From the IMG/VR virus record IMGVR_UViG_3300037400_001134, positions 11,059-75,058 of that record: a stretch of 64,000 bases of DNA; one strand, written 5' to 3'. The notes below the pieces were generated by a model, which ran no database searches, had not been told where the DNA came from, and saw nothing but the letters and a program-made list of their open reading frames with translations. Position 1 is the first letter of the stretch; each line of letters begins with the position of its first letter. The stretch comes from a virus. Lineage: Duplodnaviria; Caudoviricetes. Made by a program: the position numbers and the translations under genes. Of this stretch, positions 38,575-47,027 are shown one piece after another.

Positions 38575-38838
38575 ATGGAGAATAAGATTAAAATAGAGGA
38601 ACTTGCTATGCGCATTGATTCCTCTACACAGACAATCAATAACTGGTATAAGTGGAAGAGAGAGAATCCAGACAATGAGCTTGCATCTCTTTTACCCGAC
38701 TATGTTCAAGAAGGTAATAGACAGACAAGATATTGGAATACAAAAGACATTTGGAAGTTCATTGAGTTTAAAACTGCTATTGTTCATGGCAGAAATGGAA
38801 TAATGGGACAATCCCGTAGAAAGAAGGTAGAGAAATGA
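38575..38838 (+). CDS. winged-HTH DNA-binding protein
   Basis: IKIEELAMRIDSSTQTINNWY...RYWNTKDI. Confidence 0.65.
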   Translation: MENKIKIEELAMRIDSSTQTINNWYKWKRENPDNELASLLPDYVQEGNRQTRYWNTKDIWKFIEFKTAIVHGRNGIMGQSRRKKVEK

Positions 38839-39284
38839 GAAAGAATTTAACAGAAGCAATCGACAACACCAATGTATCAGGAAGTGAAAATTTGACGCCT
38901 TCCTCAGCTTTAAAAAAGTTAGTTGACAGTTATATCGTCAACAAACAGAATGAAGCTGATTTCAAAAAGCAGGCGTCAGCAGAGAATACACAGATAAAAG
39001 AACTGATGCATGAGTACAACCTTACAGAAGTAGAGGGCAACAATGGTACAGCAACTATTAAAGAACAGGAGAGCGTAACATTTATAGAGGATAAACTCAT
39101 TGAGTTCCTTAAAGCTAACAATATCGCTAATGATATTGTTAAGACTAAAGAGTATGTGGATTATGATGCTCTTGAATCCGCAATCTATCACGACAAAATA
39201 TCAAAAGATTTGCAGAGAGAAATGGCATCTTGTCAGGAAAAGAAAGTAACCACAGTATTAAGAATCAAAGCAAAGAAAGGATAA
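38835..39284 (+). CDS. hypothetical protein (149 aa)
   Basis: SD AAGGT; coiled coil; IVKTKEYVDYDALE motif. Confidence 0.75.
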   Translation: MRKNLTEAIDNTNVSGSENLTPSSALKKLVDSYIVNKQNEADFKKQASAENTQIKELMHEYNLTEVEGNNGTATIKEQESVTFIEDKLIEFLKANNIANDIVKTKEYVDYDALESAIYHDKISKDLQREMASCQEKKVTTVLRIKAKKG

Positions 39285-39288
39285 TAAT

Positions 39289-39393
39289 ATGTTGATACAT
39301 CCATTTGCAGCCGGTGTTTTAGCTACTCTCTTTATAGAGATGGCTTTTATACTTATTTATGCTTATATCACTTATAGAGGAGGAAAAAGATAA
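39289..39393 (+). CDS. small membrane peptide (34 aa), not in ORF track
   Basis: MLIHPFAAGVLATLFIEMAFILIY...; SD AAAGGA; TAATG overlap with the next gene. Confidence 0.6.
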   Translation: MLIHPFAAGVLATLFIEMAFILIYAYITYRGGKR

Positions 39394-39620
39394 TGGCTAA
39401 ATATGAAGTTAAAGGAAAAACTACAAAGATTATTGCTACTTCAAGATGTGCAGTAAAGATTAAGGATAATTATTACACAACCGAACTTTCAGCAGAAAGA
39501 GTATTACCAGAGAGTGATGATGTAGACCTCAATAAGGAGTATGAAGATTTATTCAACTCCATAAATGATGAGGTTGATAGACAGATGACAGATATTATAA
39601 ACACATTTGCAAGGAAATAA
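39393..39620 (+). CDS. hypothetical protein (75 aa)
   Basis: SD GGAGG. Confidence 0.75.
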   Translation: MAKYEVKGKTTKIIATSRCAVKIKDNYYTTELSAERVLPESDDVDLNKEYEDLFNSINDEVDRQMTDIINTFARK

Positions 39621-39661
39621 GTTCCTGTTTACACGCTAATCTAATCATGTTATAGTATGTA

Positions 39662-39772
39662 TTGTAAAGAGCAAACAAGTTCTCATGTTTCTTGTTTTTA
39701 CTTCTTTCATATTGTGTATGTTGTTTCTGTTGTTAGAAAGTAGCGTGAGCCTAGTGCTTGCGCTTCTTTCTG
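39662..39772 (+). ncRNA. candidate trans-acting antisense sRNA
   Basis: Promoter TTTACA(39628)-17-TATAGT; U-rich 5' part complementary to early-gene leaders; 3' hairpin AGAAAG-TAGCG-TGAGC...GCTTG-CGCT-TCTTTCT. Confidence 0.5.
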
Positions 39773-40019
39773 TATTGACAAATGTATATAAATATGTTAA
39801 TGTATATTTAGTCATTAAGACTTGATGCACATATTGAAAAGGAGTAGCTACCTTTAAAAATTTGTGCTACAATGAATAAGCCAGTTAATGTGCGCATACG
39901 TTGACTGACAATGTATAAACACATAATAACTGGCAAAGAGCTTGATATGATGAAGATGCGCCTTCTGAGTATCGAGCTTTTTTATTGCAAGAAAAGAAGA
40001 TTGTTGGGAGGATAATAAA

Positions 40020-40946
40020 ATGAAGGACACTAATTATTTTTCTGTTCAAGCTTGGATGGTTACAAAATTAAATCTAAAGGGTGCAGAGCGTGATATCTAC
40101 GCTATTCTATATGGATTCACACAGGATAATGAAAGCGAATGTAAATGTAGTTATACATATATGTCCACTATAACAGGGTATACAAAACGAGCAATAATGG
40201 ATGCTATGGACAGATTATTAGCTAAAAATCTTATAGTAAAGTCTGGTTCAGATTCAGATAGAGATATGAGAAACATCTATAAATGTAACTTTGATTATAT
40301 TGATGGAGTATTAAGAGGGGGTGAAGTAACTTCACCACTAGGGGGTGAAGTAACTTCACCACTTGATGCACTAGGGGGTGAAGTAACTTCACCACATAAT
40401 ATAAGATATATAAATAATATCCATAATAAAAGCACCGGAGACGGTGCTCTTTCTAAAAATCATTCTCAGGTTTATAAGAAAAGAGAAAGTCTAAATGATG
40501 ATTTAGAGAGTGGAAAAGATATAGACAAACAAAAGTCTGATAAAAGAAAATCTCCTAAAGACAAATTCAAAGATGAATGTTTAGATATTATAGAAAAAGA
40601 GTATTCAGATGAAACAAAGGATTTACTTATAGAATATTTTGATTTTGTTACGGCAGTTCCAGAAGATAAAAGTAATTTGTGTAAGCGTGTAAAAACAGTA
40701 AAGCAGTGGAGACATAAACTAGATAGATTAGATGATTTAGTTAAAGACGGCTATGATTGTAGAAAACTCATACAACAGAGTTTAGATAAAAAGCAGTATG
40801 TATTTTATCCATTACAATCAGTTCAGCAATATAAAGCAAAAAGAGGAGGCGAAACTTTATGTGATGAAATAGTTACTACAAATGTTGAAGAAGCACAAAG
40901 ATTATGGGATGAAGCTAAAAATAGCGGAAAAGGAGAATATTGCTGA
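40020..40946 (+). CDS. replication initiator (lambda O-like wHTH, with internal iterons)
   Basis: N-terminal YAILYGFTQD...SYTYMSTITG...LLAKNLI; iterons in the middle; upstream of a DnaC-like gene. Confidence 0.85.
   Translation: MKDTNYFSVQAWMVTKLNLKGAERDIYAILYGFTQDNESECKCSYTYMSTITGYTKRAIMDAMDRLLAKNLIVKSGSDSDRDMRNIYKCNFDYIDGVLRGGEVTSPLGGEVTSPLDALGGEVTSPHNIRYINNIHNKSTGDGALSKNHSQVYKKRESLNDDLESGKDIDKQKSDKRKSPKDKFKDECLDIIEKEYSDETKDLLIEYFDFVTAVPEDKSNLCKRVKTVKQWRHKLDRLDDLVKDGYDCRKLIQQSLDKKQYVFYPLQSVQQYKAKRGGETLCDEIVTTNVEEAQRLWDEAKNSGKGEYC
40316..40395. repeat. replication origin iterons, 3 x 23 bp
   Basis: AGGGGGTGAAGTAACTTCACCAC identical at 40316, 40340 and 40373; each contains the palindrome GGTGAAGT-A-ACTTCACC; followed by an AT-rich stretch. 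Confidence 0.85.
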
Positions 40947-41611
40947 TGTTTACAGTATGGACAAGTGAAAAGTTAAAAGAGCTTTCAATTACAGAGAAGT
41001 TTATGTTAGAAAATAGTGGTATGCCTAAGATAAGATGGACAGATGAGGAATTGCTTGTTACTGATGATAATAGAGAGGCATATAGTAGACTTACTCAAAT
41101 TAGAAATAGCTTATATTCGTTTGTGCGCTCCAGCACAAATAATTTAGTAATTTGTGGGAAGAGTACAGGTAATGGTAAAACAACTTGGGCAAATAAGTTG
41201 ATGCTCACATATATAGAGCAGAATTGTCATAGGTTAGATAATGTGCCTATCGAAGATTTGACTGTTGATAAACATGATATGTGTTTATTTTGTCTTTTAG
41301 TTCCATTTCTCGTTGAGCTAAAGATGTTTGGTAATAATAGTGAAAGTACAAATTTATACCACCGATTATGTAAATCAGAATTTGTGGTGCTTGACGATTT
41401 AGGTGCAGTACCTATGACACAATATGACTATAATGCAGTATATGGCATTATTGAACATAGACTTGATAAGGGCTTACCTACAGTGATTACAACAAACTTT
41501 ACCTCACTAGATAGTTTACAGAGCGAGATAGGACCAAGATTAGCAGAGAGAATATGGAGTAATTCTGAAATAGTGAATATCAAATCAAGTGGTTTTAGGG
41601 GTGTAAGATGA
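40940..41611 (+). CDS. DnaC/IstB-like helicase loader
   Basis: GKSTGNGKT, VVLDDLG, VITTN, RLAERI. Confidence 0.9.
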   Translation: MLMFTVWTSEKLKELSITEKFMLENSGMPKIRWTDEELLVTDDNREAYSRLTQIRNSLYSFVRSSTNNLVICGKSTGNGKTTWANKLMLTYIEQNCHRLDNVPIEDLTVDKHDMCLFCLLVPFLVELKMFGNNSESTNLYHRLCKSEFVVLDDLGAVPMTQYDYNAVYGIIEHRLDKGLPTVITTNFTSLDSLQSEIGPRLAERIWSNSEIVNIKSSGFRGVR

Positions 41612-42963
41612 GTGCTATTTATCTACAAGTATTGACACGAATAGTTGATGGGAAAGACTATTCATTTATAGAGGACAATAACCTCACAAGTAATATGTTT
41701 GATGCATATTCAGATGTATTTGATTTTATAGTTGACCACTATAATCAATACAAAGTAATTCCAGAAGATACAACAATTCAGCAGAAGTTTCCAGATATTG
41801 AATTTGTTGAGGTGAATGAGAGTGATGAGTACCTATTAGATGCATTAAGGAGTGAAAATGTAACTAATAGATTACAAAGTATATTCAGACACGCTAATGA
41901 GATAGCCAATAAAGACGGTAGCTTTGCTACATTAGATTATTTAAAAGATGCAATTACTCATATTGAGATAGAAAATCATATAGCGTCCACAGAGATTATA
42001 AGCTCATTTAATGACAGATTACAACACTCCACAGATGTAACACTTAATCATTCTGATTGGTTTATACCTACAGGTTTTGATGAGCTTGATGGTGATATAA
42101 ATGGTTTTCAGAGAGGAGATGAGCTTGTAGTTTTATATGCTCGTACCAATCAAGGTAAATCATGGATATCTGAAAAGATAGCTACATATATGGCAGAGAT
42201 AGGATTTAGAGTAGGCTATTTCTCTCCTGAAATGGGTGAACTTGATGTTGGTTATAGATTTGATACATTACATGGTCATATCTCAAACAATGCTATGAGA
42301 TTGGGTAGAGAAGATGATGATTTCAGTCTTGAATCTTATAAAGAATACGGAGACACATTAAGTAAATTAACTGGTAAATTGTTTGTTACACGACCTAAGA
42401 CATTTAACAGAAAAGTTACAGTATCAAAGTTAAGACAGTGGATAAAGTCTGATAAATTAGATGCATTATTCATAGATGGTATTACATATCTTACTGATGA
42501 GAGATTTAAGAGAGGCGACAGTAAAACAATATCATTAACTAATATTTCAGAAGATTTGATGGAATTATCAGCAGAACTGAAACTTCCAATAATAGTTGTA
42601 GTACAGGCTAATAGAGGTGGTGTAGTTGATAAAAATTCTTTAGATACACCTGAGCTAGAAAATATCAGAGATAGTGATGGTATAGCACAAAATGCCAGTA
42701 TTGTATACGCTATTCGACAAGTGAAAACAGGTAGTGGTGATACATTTCTTATTTTCGATAATAAAAAGATGAGAGGTGGAGAAGTAGGTAAATCATATAA
42801 GTATAGATGGGATATTAACTATGGTAAGTTTGTAACTGTTGCTGATAATGAGATACAACTAAATCAAGATACAGATGAAGCTCCAGTAAGAGAAAAGAAA
42901 GAGCCTACTGTAGGTAAACGCACAAGAGCAAAACGAGAGAGTGTGGCAGAAGATGATTATTGA
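41608..42963 (+). CDS. replicative DNA helicase (DnaB family)
   Basis: YARTNQGKS, FSPEM, FIDGITYL, VQANR, IRDSDGIAQNA. Confidence 0.92.
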   Translation: MSAIYLQVLTRIVDGKDYSFIEDNNLTSNMFDAYSDVFDFIVDHYNQYKVIPEDTTIQQKFPDIEFVEVNESDEYLLDALRSENVTNRLQSIFRHANEIANKDGSFATLDYLKDAITHIEIENHIASTEIISSFNDRLQHSTDVTLNHSDWFIPTGFDELDGDINGFQRGDELVVLYARTNQGKSWISEKIATYMAEIGFRVGYFSPEMGELDVGYRFDTLHGHISNNAMRLGREDDDFSLESYKEYGDTLSKLTGKLFVTRPKTFNRKVTVSKLRQWIKSDKLDALFIDGITYLTDERFKRGDSKTISLTNISEDLMELSAELKLPIIVVVQANRGGVVDKNSLDTPELENIRDSDGIAQNASIVYAIRQVKTGSGDTFLIFDNKKMRGGEVGKSYKYRWDINYGKFVTVADNEIQLNQDTDEAPVREKKEPTVGKRTRAKRESVAEDDY

Positions 42964-43912
42964 TAATACAGAATACTTAATGGACTCAATAGATATAATC
43001 AATCTGTTAAAAGTAGATTTAGCACAACATAACATTGATTATCTGAAAGATGTGAAAGATGGTCCTAAGAATATACAGATTACTTGCCCTTATCACGCTA
43101 ATGGTCAAGAGCGTAAACCATCAGCGGGTATAAGAAAGTCAGATGGAATTACTCATTGTTTTGCTTGCGGAGCTACACATACATTACCCGAAGTAATATC
43201 ATACTGCTTCGGGTATGATGGGGGTAGTTATGGTAAAAGATGGTTAGATACTCATATACAAGATAGAATCCACACAAATGGCAGAGCTAGATATAAAGAG
43301 AGTCAGAAAGAAGTAGTAACAAATAATTTTGTTTCAGAAGAAGAGTTGGATGAATACCGATGGACACATCCTTATTGGGCAAAGAGAGGTATAGTAAATG
43401 AAAAGATTATCGAGTTGTTCGACCTCGGGTATGACAGAAAAACTCAATGTATTACCTTCCCAGTTAGAGATATGCAAGGGAACTGTGAATTTGTTGCGAA
43501 GCGTTCGGTCAATACAAAGTTCTTCAAATACCCACAAGGAGTCTCAAAGCCATTGTATGGACTCTATGAGTTATGCTCTTTGGGCTTACAAGATGAGGAA
43601 ATAATTGTATGTGAGTCAATGATAGATTGTATTCTTTTATGGCAATCTGACCACTATGCCGTAGCATTGAATGGATTAGGTAATGAACGTCAGTTTAAGC
43701 AGTTGAGAGATTTACCTTGCAAGAATCTTATATTAGCTACAGATAATGATAAAGCTGGCAGAGATGCTAGAGAAAGAATAAGAAAGAAGGTGACTAATAA
43801 ATGGATATCTGAAATAGTTTTTCCAAAAGGAATAAAAGATATAGGGGAATGCTCTAAAGAGCAGATAAATAATATTTTAGATTGGAGAGAATTTATAGTA
43901 TTTAGGGGGTAA
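42953..43912 (+). CDS. DNA primase (Zn-finger + Toprim; start revised from 42941 to 42953)
   Basis: CPYH...HCFAC; ITFPVRD; VCESMID; LATDNDKAG. Confidence 0.92.
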   Translation: MIIDNTEYLMDSIDIINLLKVDLAQHNIDYLKDVKDGPKNIQITCPYHANGQERKPSAGIRKSDGITHCFACGATHTLPEVISYCFGYDGGSYGKRWLDTHIQDRIHTNGRARYKESQKEVVTNNFVSEEELDEYRWTHPYWAKRGIVNEKIIELFDLGYDRKTQCITFPVRDMQGNCEFVAKRSVNTKFFKYPQGVSKPLYGLYELCSLGLQDEEIIVCESMIDCILLWQSDHYAVALNGLGNERQFKQLRDLPCKNLILATDNDKAGRDARERIRKKVTNKWISEIVFPKGIKDIGECSKEQINNILDWREFIVFRG

Positions 43913-43914
43913 GT

Positions 43915-44577
43915 ATGAGCAAATATTTAATTCACACCTGTGAGAAGAGGAAGTGGTATGTTGATGAATATTTAGTGCCATCCATGATTAAACAAGGTAT
44001 AGATAACACAAACATACTAATCTATAATGATGAACACAAGGAAGGCTGTTTAAAATCATTTATCTCATCATCTGAAATGATAACTACTTTAAGACAAGGG
44101 GTGTGGCATTTACAAGATGATATTATTATAAGCTCAAATTTTAAAAAGGTGACAGAAGAGTTTGATAAGGGTATAGTATGTGGCTTCTGTAGCTATTATA
44201 GTGAGGATGCTCCTATAGGAATTAGACCGATAAATGATATGTGGTATTCATTTCCGTGCATAAGGATACCGAATGTAGTTCTTAAAGGATTTGTGAAATG
44301 GATAAATTCTCAGAATACACAAAATAAATACAGGGTATATATAGAACAGAACAAGTTTGTGGATTTATTGTTTAGAGAATATGTTACTACTATATATGAA
44401 GATAAACTAATACATAATCTGTGCCCTAATATCGTAGATAATGTTGATTACTTATTAGGTGGCTCAACTATAAATTATATAAGAGACAAACAGCCTGTAT
44501 CATTATATTTTCAAGAGAAAAATCTTATAGAGGAATTAAAACATTCCTTAGAAAATACTATTTACAACAAAAAATAA
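43915..44577 (+). CDS. GT-A fold glycosyltransferase-like protein
   Basis: YLIHTC..R, HLQDD DxD-like motif, WYSFPCIRIP, PNIVDNVD. Confidence 0.6.
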   Translation: MSKYLIHTCEKRKWYVDEYLVPSMIKQGIDNTNILIYNDEHKEGCLKSFISSSEMITTLRQGVWHLQDDIIISSNFKKVTEEFDKGIVCGFCSYYSEDAPIGIRPINDMWYSFPCIRIPNVVLKGFVKWINSQNTQNKYRVYIEQNKFVDLLFREYVTTIYEDKLIHNLCPNIVDNVDYLLGGSTINYIRDKQPVSLYFQEKNLIEELKHSLENTIYNKK

Positions 44578-44650
44578 ATATGTTATAGTATGTTTGTAGT
44601 TGAGCAACACAAAACATTTTAAACGTCTAAACGACAGAAAGGTAAAAACG

Positions 44651-45370
44651 ATGGCAACAAAAGAAACAAAGAAATCAGTAAACGAAGTTGGTATTATCGG
44701 TCAGATGTACGAGGAGCGAAAGTCTAAAAAGCTCGGTGTTCTTGAAAGCAGAAATGAGAAGTTTAAAACTCTTATGATGCGAGATAATAACGGAACATCA
44801 TTCACAGTACAGTATTCCACATTCAGAAGTAATTGGAGAAAGTATCAGGGCGAAGAAGTTATTCAGACTTCCGAACAAAAAGAAGAAGTCAAGCAGGCTG
44901 CTAAAGAGGAACTCAAGGAAGCAAAGAAAGAGATGGCAAAGTCTACAGAGACTACAATTAAGTTTAGTAGACAGGAAAGAATTGATGCTATAAAAGCATT
45001 AAGGACAGTTCTTAAAGATGCTATCAAAGATGCTAAGTATCCTCTTGAGCTTGTGAATCTTGCAAAGGGTGGCACAGTAGTGAAGCTCAAAGGCAAGAGA
45101 AGAACAATGTTTGAGATATGGTTACCTCTGAGATATCCGGATGTATATTCATTCAGAATGAGAGAGGACATTGCCAAGTATGTAGATATTCCTGAAGAGA
45201 AAGAATATCTTGAAAAGGATGTAAACTGCATCAGATTTAGACCTAAGAGAGAAAGATTTGATGACGTACTTAAAGTAGTATTAACAGCGGTAGAAAAGTT
45301 TGTAGAAGATACAGACTTTTTACATAAAGACGAAGAAAACGAAAAAACGAAAGAAAAGGAGAAAAACTAA
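44651..45370 (+). CDS. hypothetical protein (start revised from 44600 to 44651)
   Basis: SD GAAAGGT; own promoter TTTACA-17-TATAGT at about 44561-44589. Confidence 0.75.
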   Translation: MATKETKKSVNEVGIIGQMYEERKSKKLGVLESRNEKFKTLMMRDNNGTSFTVQYSTFRSNWRKYQGEEVIQTSEQKEEVKQAAKEELKEAKKEMAKSTETTIKFSRQERIDAIKALRTVLKDAIKDAKYPLELVNLAKGGTVVKLKGKRRTMFEIWLPLRYPDVYSFRMREDIAKYVDIPEEKEYLEKDVNCIRFRPKRERFDDVLKVVLTAVEKFVEDTDFLHKDEENEKTKEKEKN

Positions 45371-45398
45371 TGGCAAGATTTTCGTATGAGGCAATATT

Positions 45399-46111
45399 GT
45401 GAGATACGCTGATAAGAAATATAAAGAAAAATCTTATACAGTATTATGCATAAGTGCCCAAATAATAAAATCTATGTTGGTTTAACTTGTCAATCTGTTG
45501 ATGGTAGATGGAATAGAGGTTCTGGTTATAAAACTCAAAAGCTATTTTACAGAGCCATTCAAAAATATGGGTGGGATAATATTGAACACATTATTGTGCA
45601 GGATAAATTAACATTAGATGAAGCTTGTAAAATGGAGCGCAGTTTAATAACTCAGTATCAATCAAATAATTCTAAATATGGATATAATCTTACTGATGGT
45701 GGTGAGGGAATATCGGGCTATCATCTTAATGCTGAACAATTAGAACATCATAGGCAAGTTTCTTTAGGTAGAAAACATACACAAGCCACTAAAGATAAGA
45801 TTTCAAAATTAAATAAAGGCAGAAAATTAAATCTTACTGATGAACAAAGAAAAGCTTGTGCCGAAAGAGCTAGGAAATTGCCACATTATAAAAAGACTGA
45901 TGAGCAAAGACAACAGATGTCAGAGGCATATGAAAAGCGTAGAGATAGACCTGGTCATACTAAACCACATTCAGAAGAGGCTAAACGAAAAATAAGCGAA
46001 GCAATGAAGAAAAGACATCCTATTTCAGAAGAAACGAGACGAAGATTGAGTGAGGCTGCAAAGCGACAGTGGGAACGACAAAAACAAAATAAAAATAAAG
46101 GAGATATATAA
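45399..46111 (+). mobile_element. free-standing GIY-YIG/NUMOD3 homing endonuclease gene, 1-nt frameshift near the 5' end
   Basis: HKCPNNKIYVG...RWNRG...ACKMERSLI plus H-S/T-x-E-x-K-x-K-I-S repeats. The upstream frame (GTG 45399: VRYADKKYKEKSYTV) joins after a single-base loss at about 45444. Confidence 0.8.
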
Positions 46112-46112
46112 T

Positions 46113-46802
46113 ATGCGATTTGCGTATGAAGATGCAGACAAATTTGGGGGCGGTAGTGGAAACAGAATCAATTACCTCTCATTAAAAAATGATGGAGACA
46201 AAGCATTTGTGCATATTTTAGGAAATGATATGAATGATTTTCCTGGATATGCAGTACATAGAGTACCTATCGGAGATGGTCATAGATATGTGAACTGTTT
46301 GAGAGAAGCTGGTGCACCAATCACAGACTGTCCATTCTGTGCTGAAGGTAAGCATAATCCTGAAGTTAGCAGAGTTTATGCTAAACTCTTCTTACCTGTA
46401 TATGATTGTGATACAGATGAAGTAAAGATTTGGGAAAGAGGAAAGACATTCTTTAGAGACCTCGCAAGTTATTGTTCTCATAACCCTAATGTATCAGAAG
46501 TAGTTACAGAGATTGAACGTAGAGGTAAAGCAGGTGACACATCTACAACATATGGCCTCTATGCTACAAAAGAAGAGGATAACTTCAATATCGAGAATGT
46601 TAAGGAAGATATTCCAAATATTCTTGGTGATGTTGTTCTTGATAAGTCAGTAGAAGATATGGAATATTACCTTAGAAGAGGTGATTTCCCTAAAGATGAC
46701 TCTAACAATGATGGAGGTGTAACAAGAAGAGGCTCATCTGATAGAGATGATAGACGTACTCCTTCAAGAAGAGAAAGAAGAAGTGCGGAAGACGATTATT
46801 AA
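46113..46802 (+). CDS. ssb: single-stranded DNA-binding protein (start revised from 46050 to 46113)
   Basis: SD AAAGGAG; YLSLKNDGD, HRVPI...YVNCL...CPFC, VKIWERG; acidic/Arg tail ending AEDDY. Confidence 0.75.
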   Translation: MRFAYEDADKFGGGSGNRINYLSLKNDGDKAFVHILGNDMNDFPGYAVHRVPIGDGHRYVNCLREAGAPITDCPFCAEGKHNPEVSRVYAKLFLPVYDCDTDEVKIWERGKTFFRDLASYCSHNPNVSEVVTEIERRGKAGDTSTTYGLYATKEEDNFNIENVKEDIPNILGDVVLDKSVEDMEYYLRRGDFPKDDSNNDGGVTRRGSSDRDDRRTPSRRERRSAEDDY

Positions 46803-47027
46803 GTTTCCCCCCTTAATATTACCTTATAGTATTATTTTTCTATGATATAATTAACGCTATGGAAAAACTTATCTGTATCAATTTCCTATTACATATCAGA
46901 TAGGAATGTAACTGTAAATTATTCTGTTACAAAGACAACTCCCGATACAGATTTTGTATCAAAGTTTATAGTCGGTATACTGAGTGCCAGACAAAGGTTT
47001 ATAAGATACAAGTAAAAGGAGAATATA

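Noticed and set aside
39645-39830. Minus-strand 61-aa ORF
   Set aside because: No SD and no minus-strand promoter; the + strand has a promoter and hairpin, which favours an sRNA.
40316-40395. CRISPR array
   Set aside because: Only three 23-bp repeats separated by 1 and 10 bp, in frame inside the initiator gene, with no cas operon; these are iterons.
46803-47027. Group I intron or ncRNA before the polymerase gene
   Set aside because: Only short AT-rich palindromes (e.g. GATACA...TGTATC); no P7-like core, and the flanking genes are intact.
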